Notes under the pieces: model-generated
What the model was told of the DNA's origin: nothing
Seen by the model: only the letters and a program-made list of their open reading frames with translations
Database searches by the model: none
Part shown: piece by piece, positions 18,731 to 28,182 of the stretch
How positions within the stretch are numbered: the stretch's first letter is position 1
How the letters are laid out: each line of letters begins with the position of its first letter
Made by a program: the position numbers and the translations under genes
DNA from: a candidate division WOR-3 bacterium
GTDB taxonomy: Bacteria; Hydrothermota; Tepidihabitantia; Tepidihabitantales; JAOUPE01
Reading direction: 5' to 3'
Length of the DNA stretch: 45,274 bases
Assembly: GCA_039801565.1 (NCBI GenBank)
Contig: JBDRUX010000007.1
Location: 1 to 45,274 of the forward strand

Positions 18731-19579
18731 TTGCCCAAACCAAATTGGCTCAAGATTACTCTGCCCAAAGGTCCGAATTATAATAAAATTAAGGCAATTG
18801 TTAAGAAATATAATTTGCATACAGTATGTGAGCAAGCTCGCTGTCCCAACATTGGTGAGTGTTGGACAAATAAGACTGCAACTTTTATGGTTTTAGGCGA
18901 CACTTGTACTCGAAATTGCAAATTTTGTGCCGTGAAGACCGGAAATCCGAAAGGAACTGTTGACAAAGAAGAACCGAAGCGAATTGCCTATGCCGTAAAG
19001 GATTTGGCATTAAATTATGTTGTGGTCACTTCGGTAACGCGTGATGACTTATCTGATGGCGGAGCATCTATTTTTGCGGAAACAATCAAGCAGATAAAAA
19101 AAGTAAATCCCAATACTAAAGTTGAAGTTTTGATTCCGGACTTCGCTGGTTCGGCCCAAGCATTAGAAATGGTCTTACAAGCAGAACCGGATGTCTTGGC
19201 TCATAATCTTGAGACAGTTGCCCGCTTAACCCCTTTGGTTCGAGACAAACGAGCCAATTATCAAATTTCCTTAAGGGTCTTGCAGTTAAGTAAGCTTTTA
19301 GATCCAAATATCAAGACCAAATCGGGTTTTATGGTTGGACTGGGGGAAACCGATGAAGAAGTGAAAGAGACGCTATTTGATTTAAAAACGGTTGGAGTAG
19401 AGATTGTCACGATTGGTCAGTATCTAAAGCCCCACCCAAGCAAATTACCCGTTACCGATTATATTTCACCCCAAAAATTTGAGGAATTTCGCCAATACGG
19501 TGAAGCGTTAGGTTTTAGAAAGGTTTTGGCTGGACCTTTGGTTCGGAGTTCTTATTCTGCCTACCATTTAGAGCCGTAA
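18731..19579 (+). CDS. lipA: Lipoyl synthase
   Basis: CEQARCPNIGEC, CTRNCKFC, TSVTRDDL, GPLVRSSY. Confidence 0.97.
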   Translation: MPKPNWLKITLPKGPNYNKIKAIVKKYNLHTVCEQARCPNIGECWTNKTATFMVLGDTCTRNCKFCAVKTGNPKGTVDKEEPKRIAYAVKDLALNYVVVTSVTRDDLSDGGASIFAETIKQIKKVNPNTKVEVLIPDFAGSAQALEMVLQAEPDVLAHNLETVARLTPLVRDKRANYQISLRVLQLSKLLDPNIKTKSGFMVGLGETDEEVKETLFDLKTVGVEIVTIGQYLKPHPSKLPVTDYISPQKFEEFRQYGEALGFRKVLAGPLVRSSYSAYHLEP

Positions 19580-20409
19580 CCAGCAAACTGCCATCTCCCA
19601 TTCTCTTTTTGGAAAAACATTGAGATACTGCGGCGTCGCTTGATCTCGGGTCGCGGCCGAGCTTGAGGAATTGGTATGATGTCTAATGCGCCAAGCGCAA
19701 TATTATCCATCACCCGAACCATTCCAAACTCAAGGTAAGTATTGATTTTCAGTTGATTATACTTAGAGTGCAACTCTTCTTCGGTTAGCCACAATACTCG
19801 ATTATGTGGCAGATTAATTTTAACATCACTTTGCCCAGGACGATGTAATATTGCGATGTTATAAGTGAAGTCAACGCCGGAAAAAATATCTTCAAACCCT
19901 AAGTTGGAAACCGCTTTTTCTACCATAAGTCCGACAATCTCTTGTTGAGCGAGTGTATCCGAGACGCCGTAGACAAAGTCGCGATGGTTAAGAATGCCAG
20001 TTAGCCACATCAAACGCCAACCTTGCTTGGTTTTTATCCAATACTGATAAATAAATTTTGGGACTTTTGAACCCTTTAGTAATACCCAACTGGTTATGTG
20101 ACCGGACAGACCGAAGATATTAACCCGACCGAATTTGACACCCCGAAACGATTTCCCTTCATACCAGCGGTCAATCGCGGATTGTAACTGGCTAAGGGGA
20201 ATTTCTTTTTGAAAAGTCGAGTTGAACATCCGATAGATTCGCCCACCATCTTTCTGGGCTAAGGCATTAATAAACTCTATACCGAATTTCAGTAGTTCAG
20301 ACTTAGCTTGGATTGGTGCCGACTTTGGGCTTTTGAGATTAGATTGGGCAATAAAAAAAATCGCTACTGCCAGGATAAGACTAATAATTAGGGCGATAAT
20401 TATTCGCAT
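19561..20409 (-). CDS. Exported/membrane-anchored hypothetical protein (possibly NTF2-like domains)
   Basis: N-terminal TM; two segments ending in W..T..GWRL and F.KENGRWQF; 282-aa ORF. Confidence 0.7.
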   Translation of the reverse strand: MRIIIALIISLILAVAIFFIAQSNLKSPKSAPIQAKSELLKFGIEFINALAQKDGGRIYRMFNSTFQKEIPLSQLQSAIDRWYEGKSFRGVKFGRVNIFGLSGHITSWVLLKGSKVPKFIYQYWIKTKQGWRLMWLTGILNHRDFVYGVSDTLAQQEIVGLMVEKAVSNLGFEDIFSGVDFTYNIAILHRPGQSDVKINLPHNRVLWLTEEELHSKYNQLKINTYLEFGMVRVMDNIALGALDIIPIPQARPRPEIKRRRSISMFFQKENGRWQFAGYGSKW

Positions 20410-20416
20410 CTTAAAG

Positions 20417-20492
20417 CGGGCTCGACCAGATTTGAACTGGCGATCTTCGCCGTGACAGGGCGACGTGTTAAACCAAGCTACACCACGAGCCC
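20417..20492 (-). tRNA. tRNA-Asp(GTC), CCA not encoded
   Basis: Reverse complement GGGCTCGTGGTGTAGCTTGGTTTAACACGTCGCCCTGTCACGGCGAAGATCGCCAGTTCAAATCTGGTCGAGCCCG. Confidence 0.96.
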
Positions 20493-20573
20493 GACAATTG
20501 TATTATAAGCATACCTCCATTGTTACCGTTTGTCAATATGAAATATCTTTCTTACTTCATTTCTTTATTACGA

Positions 20574-20990
20574 TTAGGGTTTACCAATGATGAGGACTGG
20601 ACAGGGAAGGTCGGCAAGAAATTTTTCGGTTATCGTATAATTGTAAAAACGCAGCCATTCGGTTGGTAGAATCAACAAATCCGCCTTCACCGATTTCAAG
20701 AACGGCTGAAGTTCTAAAACGGAACCTTCCTCTACCGTCACGGCTACTTCCATCTCCTCTAATTGTTTTATCTCGGATTCGAGTTTGAATAGGTCGCTCC
20801 AGGCTTTACTTTCCAATTCCTCCCTAACCAATGATTCTTCCCGACCGGTATCTTGAATTATTTGCAGCAACGGTCTTGGGTCAATCAAAGACAAAAGAAT
20901 TAGTCGGGCGCGGTGTTTCTTTGCTAATTCAATAGCTAAATTCTTTCCTTCGGGTTTTAAGGTGATTAAAAAGACAATTCGATTAAACAC
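20574..20990 (-). CDS. Universal stress protein-like (Usp fold)
   Basis: MFNRIV...AIELAKKH.ARLILLSLID...EEG...ADLLIL...LPCPVLII; abuts the transporter gene. Confidence 0.75.
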   Translation of the reverse strand: MFNRIVFLITLKPEGKNLAIELAKKHRARLILLSLIDPRPLLQIIQDTGREESLVREELESKAWSDLFKLESEIKQLEEMEVAVTVEEGSVLELQPFLKSVKADLLILPTEWLRFYNYTITEKFLADLPCPVLIIGKP

Positions 20991-22940
20991 TTACGGTGCC
21001 AATGGAATTTGCATTAATAAAATTAGTGTGGCAATCAGCATCGAAGTAATCGTCACAATAATGCCTGGCAAAAGCCACTGCCGAAAACGAATTGTTCGAC
21101 CGGTATCACGTTCGTAAGTGCTAACTGCAACGATATTAGCGGTTGAGCCAATCATCGTCAAATTTCCACCCAAACAGCCACCAAAAAGCAATGCCCACCA
21201 TAAAATACTCGAATGCATTACTCCAATTCGCGATAGGTCCTTGACAATTGGCACCAATGCGGCAACTATCGGTAAGTTGTCAACAAAACCTGAAGTGATA
21301 CCACTTCCCCATAAAAGCATCACCAATGCCGAACCAGTAACACCGCCACCCACATTAGGTAATGGGAATTTTTGCGCCAAAGTAGAAATAAAGTGGGCGA
21401 ACTTTGGGGTCACCCCAGTAAATTCCAGACACGCCGCTTTAGCAAAAAGAAACATAAAGAAGATGAGTGTCCACCAATCAACTCCTCGTTCAATCAAAAA
21501 TTTTCCCCGCTCCTTTTCGGTGAAAACGATTATCCCCAAGACACATAATGGTGCTGCAACTAAAACCGTCCCTTCAACCAAATTTAATAAAAGTTCAATC
21601 CGATTATGCAGGACAATTAATAGGATGACTAGGATAAAAAGTAACCAACCAATTTTAAACTTCTTACGGTCAATCACTTCCGCCCACTCATCCAAGTCAT
21701 CAAACCTGGCAATGGATAAAGACCGCTTCGGTCGTAATGCATTTCGAAACCCAAATAAACAAAGCCCAGCCACGAAAATTGCCGCAATCAGTGCGGTTGG
21801 GGTCGCCCAACGTAAAAAATCTTCGAAGGTTAACTTACCGGCAAAGGCTAAATAGACACCGATTGGATTACCAACTAAGGTTAAAGCACTGCCGACATTT
21901 GTTGCAAAAACTAAACTGACCATAAAGACAAAAGGTGATACCCGAGTTCGTCTAGTTACCTCAAGGCCCAAGACTATGGTGACAAGGATTGCTGTTACTT
22001 CACCAGTAAATGCGCCCAAAATCAAAGAAAAGAACATCAAAAGTAAGAGCGCTAAAGTCGGCGACCCCTTAACTTTTTTCAATGCCCACACTACTAAGAA
22101 GCGAAATAATCCCAAATCGCTGAGCCAAGAGATAATTCCCATCATTGCCATTATAAAGAGAATGGTTGGGATAGACATAAACCGAACCGTTGTCTCAATA
22201 TCCATCGTGCCGGATAAAAGCAAGACGCCTAAACCAAAAGCAGCAATGGCAACCCGATGGCGCCAGAAAAGTAATGTCCCAATCACCGTAGCCAAAAATA
22301 CCGTTATTGCTAATACTTGTCGGGTCAACCAGGGCTCGGAATTAAATTTTAAATATTCCAATTGGGCATAATATTCATTTGTGGGCAGGACAATCTTGGG
22401 TAGGAAATATTTAAATACAAAAAAGCTAATTAGGATTACTGTTCCGTAGTAGATATAACGACGATAGCGATAAAAAAGGTTCTCTTTGGTTGGGGATAAA
22501 ATGGCATTAATCACATCAGCCGGTGAAACTTGTTCAAGAATACTCTTCACAATACCCTTGCGACGCAAACGGGTTGCCAGACTACCCAATACTTTAATGT
22601 ATTCGGCCTTTTCCGCTTCCGGGGCTAAGATAAAAAAGGCAACCTTAACTGGTTGGTGGTCCAATGCTGCCCATTCTAATGGCTCACGCAGTCGAACCAC
22701 CGCTATCAAAATCTGGTCTAAATCTGTAAGCGTGAGGTGGGGTAGCGCAATACTATGCCCAACCGAAGTCGGACCAGCTGATTCCCGTTCTTCAAGTTTC
22801 TCTATCACTTTCTCGACATTGATAATTACTCCCTTTCGCTTGAGTTCATTAGCAACCCAGCGAAATAATTCCTGCCGATTAGTGACTTCGGGGGCATCAA
22901 AGACCAAATCGCTCTTTAGATATTTAACAAAGTCCAACAT
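20991..22940 (-). CDS. PTS EIIA(Ntr/Fru-type) domain fused to an ArsB/NhaD-family anion permease
   Basis: N-terminal ERE..GPTSVG.SIALPH and D.QPVKVAF; C-terminal ATNVGSALTLVGNP, SGFVDNLP, GGCLGGNLTMIGSTANIV. Confidence 0.9.
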   Translation of the reverse strand: MLDFVKYLKSDLVFDAPEVTNRQELFRWVANELKRKGVIINVEKVIEKLEERESAGPTSVGHSIALPHLTLTDLDQILIAVVRLREPLEWAALDHQPVKVAFFILAPEAEKAEYIKVLGSLATRLRRKGIVKSILEQVSPADVINAILSPTKENLFYRYRRYIYYGTVILISFFVFKYFLPKIVLPTNEYYAQLEYLKFNSEPWLTRQVLAITVFLATVIGTLLFWRHRVAIAAFGLGVLLLSGTMDIETTVRFMSIPTILFIMAMMGIISWLSDLGLFRFLVVWALKKVKGSPTLALLLLMFFSLILGAFTGEVTAILVTIVLGLEVTRRTRVSPFVFMVSLVFATNVGSALTLVGNPIGVYLAFAGKLTFEDFLRWATPTALIAAIFVAGLCLFGFRNALRPKRSLSIARFDDLDEWAEVIDRKKFKIGWLLFILVILLIVLHNRIELLLNLVEGTVLVAAPLCVLGIIVFTEKERGKFLIERGVDWWTLIFFMFLFAKAACLEFTGVTPKFAHFISTLAQKFPLPNVGGGVTGSALVMLLWGSGITSGFVDNLPIVAALVPIVKDLSRIGVMHSSILWWALLFGGCLGGNLTMIGSTANIVAVSTYERDTGRTIRFRQWLLPGIIVTITSMLIATLILLMQIPLAP

Positions 22941-23514
22941 TATTAAAGAAACATAATATCCTTTTTATTGGAATCGTCAAGAACCAAGAATTCTGATTTA
23001 TTCTTTGTAGTAATCACAAGTTTCTTCTGGTTTTAGATTTGTCACCGGATAAATTAAATCTTCTCGGCTAATTCGATCCTAATCCAAAATTTCTTAGATT
23101 AACTAACTCTCGCACTCTCTAATAGAAAAACCGAACACCTTGAACAATTTTGAACCACTTTGAACTCTTAACCAGTTTGAACCAGTGGATCGAACTTTGC
23201 CTAAGAGACACTTCCCCCTAAAAATTGTGTATGAGTATACTAACAACATCTCTCAATGGTTGCGGGAAGAAATCCGGTCTTTCCTTAAAATGGGGATTGG
23301 CTACACTCTACTTGTCCAACTGGAAATGATATTTATTCACAATTAACCAAATTGAAGCTATAAAGGTTTGGTATTGCGGCCGAGTAAGATAAAAACTGTT
23401 ATTTGCATACTCAAAAATTTGGTGGGAGTAAATCAGCCAATTTAGCTGTTGACATTTGATAATATTTTCGATAGTCTATAACTGGTCCAAAGAAATTGGA
23501 CCAAGGAGTCTAAT

Positions 23515-23703
23515 TTGGCAAAGCATTGTGAAATTTGTGGTAAAGTTGGTGTGGTTGGTTCAAATATTAGTCATGCCCATAATGTAACAAAACGGCGCTG
23601 GGAGCCGAATCTGCAACGGGTAAAAGCTAAACTTAACGGTGTGGTGAAAAAGATTTGGGTCTGCACCCGTTGCTTACGCTCCGGGAAAATTGAAAAGGCT
23701 TGA
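23515..23703 (+). CDS. rpmB: 50S ribosomal protein L28 (zinc-ribbon type)
   Basis: CEICGK..GSNISHAHNVTKRRWEPNLQ..CTRCLRSG; AAGGAG RBS. Confidence 0.97.
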   Translation: MAKHCEICGKVGVVGSNISHAHNVTKRRWEPNLQRVKAKLNGVVKKIWVCTRCLRSGKIEKA

Positions 23704-23777
23704 GCGCAAAATAACCAACCGCATAACAATGAAAGTCGGTTTGTTACGGCAGTAAACCGTAATTTTAAGGAGGTAAA

Positions 23778-24731
23778 TTGAAAGCGCTCATTACGGGTAT
23801 AACTGGCTTTGTTGGTAGTCACCTGGCGGAATATTTGCTTTCCTTAGGAACAATTGAGGTTTTTGGGACATTCCGCTGGCGGTCTCGAACTGAAAATATT
23901 GAGCATATAAAAACAAAGATTAAACTTTTTGAATGCGATGCAAAAGATGCTGTTTCGATGCGAGAGGTGATTAAAAAGGTACGACCGGAACGAATTTATC
24001 ACCTGGCAGCTCAGAGCTATGTGCCAATGTCTTGGGTGGCGCCAGCAGAGACTTTAATAACCAATATCATTAGCCAGGTGAATTTGTTTGAAGCAGTTCG
24101 GGCTGAAGATATTGATTGTCGAATTCAAGTGGCAGGTTCAAGTGAAGAATATGGACTGGTGTTTCCCAATGAGTTGCCAATCCGAGAGACAAATCCTTTG
24201 CGCCCAATTAGTCCTTATGGAGTGAGTAAGGTCGCTCAGGACCTTTTAGGTTATCAGTATTTTAAGAGTTATGGTATGTTCATTGTTCGAACTCGTGCCT
24301 TCAATCATACCGGACCGCGCCGGGGGGAAGTTTTTGCGACTTCTAATTTTGCGAAACAAATCGCCGAGATCGAGAAAGGTAAAAAGGAACCGGTGATTTA
24401 TGTCGGAAATTTAGAGGCAGTTCGGGATTTTACCGATGTCCGCGATACGGTGGTCGGTTATTATTTGAGTTTAGAAAAAGGCGAGAAGGGCGAGGTGTAT
24501 AATATTTGTAGTGGCCAGCGCTATAAGTTGCGTGAGGTTCTTGAGATATTGCTTTCTTTGACTGCGAAGGAAATTGAAATCAAGGTTGACCCAAAGCGGA
24601 TGCGACCGAGTGATGTTGAGCTTTTAGCCGGTGATAGTAGTAAGTTTCGTGCTCAAACCGGCTGGCAACCGAAAATATCTTTTAAACAGACCTTGAGCGA
24701 TTTGTTAGACTATTGGCGGGAACGAGTTTGA
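23778..24731 (+). CDS. GDP-mannose 4,6-dehydratase / GDP-4-keto-6-deoxymannose reductase-like SDR
   Basis: ITGITGFVG, HLAAQSYV, SSEEYG, YGVSK, FNHTGPR, RDFTDVRD. Confidence 0.9.
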   Translation: MKALITGITGFVGSHLAEYLLSLGTIEVFGTFRWRSRTENIEHIKTKIKLFECDAKDAVSMREVIKKVRPERIYHLAAQSYVPMSWVAPAETLITNIISQVNLFEAVRAEDIDCRIQVAGSSEEYGLVFPNELPIRETNPLRPISPYGVSKVAQDLLGYQYFKSYGMFIVRTRAFNHTGPRRGEVFATSNFAKQIAEIEKGKKEPVIYVGNLEAVRDFTDVRDTVVGYYLSLEKGEKGEVYNICSGQRYKLREVLEILLSLTAKEIEIKVDPKRMRPSDVELLAGDSSKFRAQTGWQPKISFKQTLSDLLDYWRERV

Positions 24732-24999
24732 TGGTATTAGAGAAGGGTGATGAGATAAAGAGTGTCCAACTAAATTCCGAGTTCAAGGACCTAAGGAAGT
24801 TGAACGAAGAATAGAAGGAAACTAAGAGTGACATAAGATAAAAATGAAAAAAATAAGGAAAAGAAACTGGCTATGTGAGGTTAGCTCAGAGGATAATAAT
24901 TGGCTAATGACTTTTTAGGTGGATAGGGTATAAGGGAAAGGAGACTAAAATGGAAGAAGACAGTCTAAAGTGTTTAACATTGGCCAAAATGGAGATGAG

Positions 25000-26298
25000 A
25001 TGATGGTGAGAAGGATGGTTAATTTGAGTTTTAATGAAATGCCGAAAGAGTGGTATAATATTTTGGCCGATTTACCAGAACCATTACCACCGCCGCAGGA
25101 CCCACCCAAAGGGCCGTCCCGTATCGCTAATTTACCGAAGTTGCTTTTAGCGGAATGCTTAAAGCAGGAGACTAGTACCGAACGGTGGATTCCGATTCCG
25201 GAAGAGTTGTTAAATCTTTATACCCAAGCGGCGCGGCCACGTCCGCTTTTTCGGGCTTTTAATTTGGAAAAACGATTGGATACGCCGGCCCGGCTTTATT
25301 ATAAAGGAGAATTTTTCAGCCCGACTGGTAGTCATAAGGTAAACACGGCACTTGCCCAATGTTTCTATGCCAAAAAAGAAGGTTATAAGCGCGTGACAAC
25401 CGAGACCGGTGCTGGTCAATGGGGAACTGCCCTGTCTTATGCTGCCGCCTTAGTTGGGTTGAAATGTACAATCTACTGGGTCAGAGCCGTGTATGAGTGG
25501 AAACGCGACCGACGGAATTTTATGCAACTTTTAGGTGGTGAGGTCTATCCTTCACCAAGCCCGAAGACCAAAGTAGGACGAGCTCTTTATAATAAAAATA
25601 AAAAGCATCCCGGCTCTTTAGGAATTGCAATTAGTGAAGGATTAGAGGATGCCCAATCCGACCCCAATGCTATCTATTGCCTTGGGTCGGTTTTGAATCA
25701 CGTCCTGTTGCATCAGACAATCATTGGCTTGGAAACGCAAAAGCAGTTCGAAATTTTTGACGATTATCCGGATATTATGGTCAGTTGTTTAGGTGGTGGT
25801 TCAAATTTTGGGGGGTTTGTTCTGCCCTTTGTTGGTGAAGTCTTGAAGAAAGGGAAAAAGATAAGATTTATCGCGGCTCAGAGTGAAGTCGCCCCAAACC
25901 TTTCTGGTGAATACCGATACGATTTTGCCGACTATGCGGAGATAACGCCGATGTTAAAGATGTACACCCTTGGGCATAAAATAAAGATGAAGCCAATTCG
26001 AGGCGATGGTCTGCGTTATCACGGTTGCTCGCCGATTATATCTTATCTTAGACATAAAGGAATTGTGGAAAATGTTGCCTATCCCGGTGATGAGAAATAT
26101 GTCTTTTCGCGAGCTAAAATGTTTATTGAAACTGAAGGTTATCTGCCGGCACCAGAGTCAGCTTATTCAATCTGTGCAGCAATCGATGAAGCCTTAAAGT
26201 GTAAAGAGTCCGGAGAAAAGAAAACCATTGCCTTTAATGTCTCAGGTCATGGCTTTATGGATATTCCAGGTTATCGCGAAGTACTCGGGTTGAAATGA
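25000..26298 (+). CDS. trpB2: TrpB2-like PLP-dependent enzyme
   Basis: SPTGSHKVN, TETGAGQWG, GSVLNHV, GGGSNF, LRYHG, PAPES, SGHG; no trpA in the window. Start is uncertain (24970-25015). Confidence 0.9.
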   Translation: MMVRRMVNLSFNEMPKEWYNILADLPEPLPPPQDPPKGPSRIANLPKLLLAECLKQETSTERWIPIPEELLNLYTQAARPRPLFRAFNLEKRLDTPARLYYKGEFFSPTGSHKVNTALAQCFYAKKEGYKRVTTETGAGQWGTALSYAAALVGLKCTIYWVRAVYEWKRDRRNFMQLLGGEVYPSPSPKTKVGRALYNKNKKHPGSLGIAISEGLEDAQSDPNAIYCLGSVLNHVLLHQTIIGLETQKQFEIFDDYPDIMVSCLGGGSNFGGFVLPFVGEVLKKGKKIRFIAAQSEVAPNLSGEYRYDFADYAEITPMLKMYTLGHKIKMKPIRGDGLRYHGCSPIISYLRHKGIVENVAYPGDEKYVFSRAKMFIETEGYLPAPESAYSICAAIDEALKCKESGEKKTIAFNVSGHGFMDIPGYREVLGLK

Positions 26299-26351
26299 AA
26301 AGCAAATGGTTTTTAGTCTTTGATTATTGATAATGACTCCAATCGGGTCAC

Positions 26352-26629
26352 GATATTGTCAAAAACTTTTATGAAAGAAACCACAGAGAATCCGAATCGG
26401 ATTAAGAAAGAAAAAAAGAAATTCCTTAAGAATTCGACTTCGTCGAATCACAGAGATAAAATAAGTTCTTTGTGTTCTCGTAAGAGATTCGCTTTAAGGA
26501 ACATAGCCCATCAAACGCGGATTGAAGGAAGGTCTAAAACGACTGAAATTCAAGGAACACAGAGGGGAGCCCGATTCGGGTAAGTTCGTGATATCAAAAG
26601 AATTCTCTGTGGTTAATTTTGACAATATC
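26352..26629. mobile_element. 278-bp non-autonomous MITE with 13-bp TIRs and an 8-bp target-site duplication
   Basis: GATATTGTCAAAA(26352-64) / TTTTGACAATATC(26617-29), flanked by direct CGGGTCAC at 26344-51 and 26630-37. Confidence 0.85.
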
Positions 26630-26652
26630 CGGGTCACACTTAGGAGGTGAGG

Positions 26653-27309
26653 ATGAAGATTAAATGGCTCGGTCATGCGGCATTTTTGATTACCGCAAAA
26701 GATGGAACAAAAATTATCACTGATCCATATAAATCAGGTAGTTTTAGTGGTGCGCTTTCCTATCCACCAATTAAAGAAACCGCCGATATTGTAACAATTA
26801 GTCATGAACACGAAGACCATAATTATGTCCGTTCGATTCCGAGTCAACCTCAAGTGGTGCGGGAAATTGGTACACGAATAATCAAAAATGTCAAAATCGA
26901 AGGGATTACCACCTGTCATGATACCTTACAGGGTAGAGAACGAGGTCTAAATACCGTTTATATAATTACGGTGGATAACTTGAGAGTATGTCATCTTGGT
27001 GATTTAGGCGCGCTACCCACGGAAGCAGAAAGACAAAAAATCGGCAAAGTTGATGTACTGCTAATACCAGTTGGTGGTGTGTTTACTATCGATGCCGAAG
27101 CTGCGACCAAGGTCACAACAATGTTAAACCCGAGGATAGCAATTCCAATGCACTACAAGACGGCGCATTGTGCTTTTCCAATTGCGCCGGTTGAAGATTT
27201 TATCAAGGACAAAAAACTGGTGAAAAGAATCGAATCGAGTGAAGTCGAGGTTTTCGAAAAATCTTTGCCCCAAGCCACGGAAATTTGGGTTTTGCAATAT
27301 CAAATCTAA
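26653..27309 (+). CDS. MBL-fold metallo-hydrolase (Lactamase_B_3/UPF0173-like)
   Basis: WLGHAAF, TDPY, SHEHEDH, HLGDLG, PVGG, PMHY. Confidence 0.92.
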   Translation: MKIKWLGHAAFLITAKDGTKIITDPYKSGSFSGALSYPPIKETADIVTISHEHEDHNYVRSIPSQPQVVREIGTRIIKNVKIEGITTCHDTLQGRERGLNTVYIITVDNLRVCHLGDLGALPTEAERQKIGKVDVLLIPVGGVFTIDAEAATKVTTMLNPRIAIPMHYKTAHCAFPIAPVEDFIKDKKLVKRIESSEVEVFEKSLPQATEIWVLQYQI

Positions 27310-27324
27310 CTAAAAGGAGGAAAC

Positions 27325-28170
27325 TTGGCAAAAGTGATACCATATCAGAACATAGTTGATACGGTTGCTAAACTTTGCATTGATGCCAATTGCCAAATTG
27401 GTGATGATGTCATCAATGCTTTTAAAAAGGGGTTGGAAATTGAAGAGTCCCCAACCGGAAAAGAAATTCTAAAGCAACTTATTGAAAATGCTCTGATCGC
27501 CAAAAAAGAAATGATACCAGCTTGTCAGGATACAGGTTTTGCGGTTGTATTTTTAGAAGTCGGCTCTGATGTAAAAATTACTGGTGGTGAATTATACGAT
27601 GCGATTAATGCCGGTGTTGCGAAAGGTTATAAGGAGGGTTACTTGCGCAAATCAATTGTTGCTGATCCACTACGTCGAAAAAATACCGGCGATAATACAC
27701 CAGCAGTTATCCATACCGAAATTGTACCAGGCGACAATTTAAAAATTACGGTTGCCCCTAAAGGTGGCGGTAGCGAAAATATGTCAGAAGTGAAAATGCT
27801 CACCCCGGCTGCTGGCGCCGAAGGAATTAAGGATTTTGTGGTTGACCGGGTCTTAAGGTCAAAAGCCAATCCCTGTCCACCGATTATCGTCGGCGTCGGT
27901 ATCGGCGGTACTTTTGAAAAAGTCGCCTATCTGGCTAAGAAGGCATTACTGCGGGAAATTGGTTCAACCCATCCTGACCCATTCTATGCCGAAATGGAAA
28001 AAGAGCTGCTCGAGCGAATCAATAAAACTGGAATCGGACCCCAAGGGTTTGGTGGTCGAGTAACCGCCCTGGCGGTTTTCATAGAGACTTTCCCTTGTCA
28101 TATTGCAAGTTTACCCGCCGCCGTCAATATTAACTGTCATGCCGCAAGACATAAAACTGCAATTCTTTAA
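27325..28170 (+). CDS. Fe-S fumarate hydratase alpha subunit (split class I / TtdA type)
   Basis: CQDTG, GYLRKSIV, KGGGSEN, CPP..VGVGIGG, CHIAS, CHAARH. Confidence 0.95.
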   Translation: MAKVIPYQNIVDTVAKLCIDANCQIGDDVINAFKKGLEIEESPTGKEILKQLIENALIAKKEMIPACQDTGFAVVFLEVGSDVKITGGELYDAINAGVAKGYKEGYLRKSIVADPLRRKNTGDNTPAVIHTEIVPGDNLKITVAPKGGGSENMSEVKMLTPAAGAEGIKDFVVDRVLRSKANPCPPIIVGVGIGGTFEKVAYLAKKALLREIGSTHPDPFYAEMEKELLERINKTGIGPQGFGGRVTALAVFIETFPCHIASLPAAVNINCHAARHKTAIL

Positions 28171-28182
28171 CAAGGAGTTAAA

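Noticed and set aside
24755..24970. Possible second MITE (AGAGTGTCC...GACAGTCT) in a purine-rich spacer
   Set aside because: The terminal match is short and imperfect, and no target-site duplication was found
26320..26676. 87-aa and 60-aa ORFs
   Set aside because: They lie over the MITE and have no protein features
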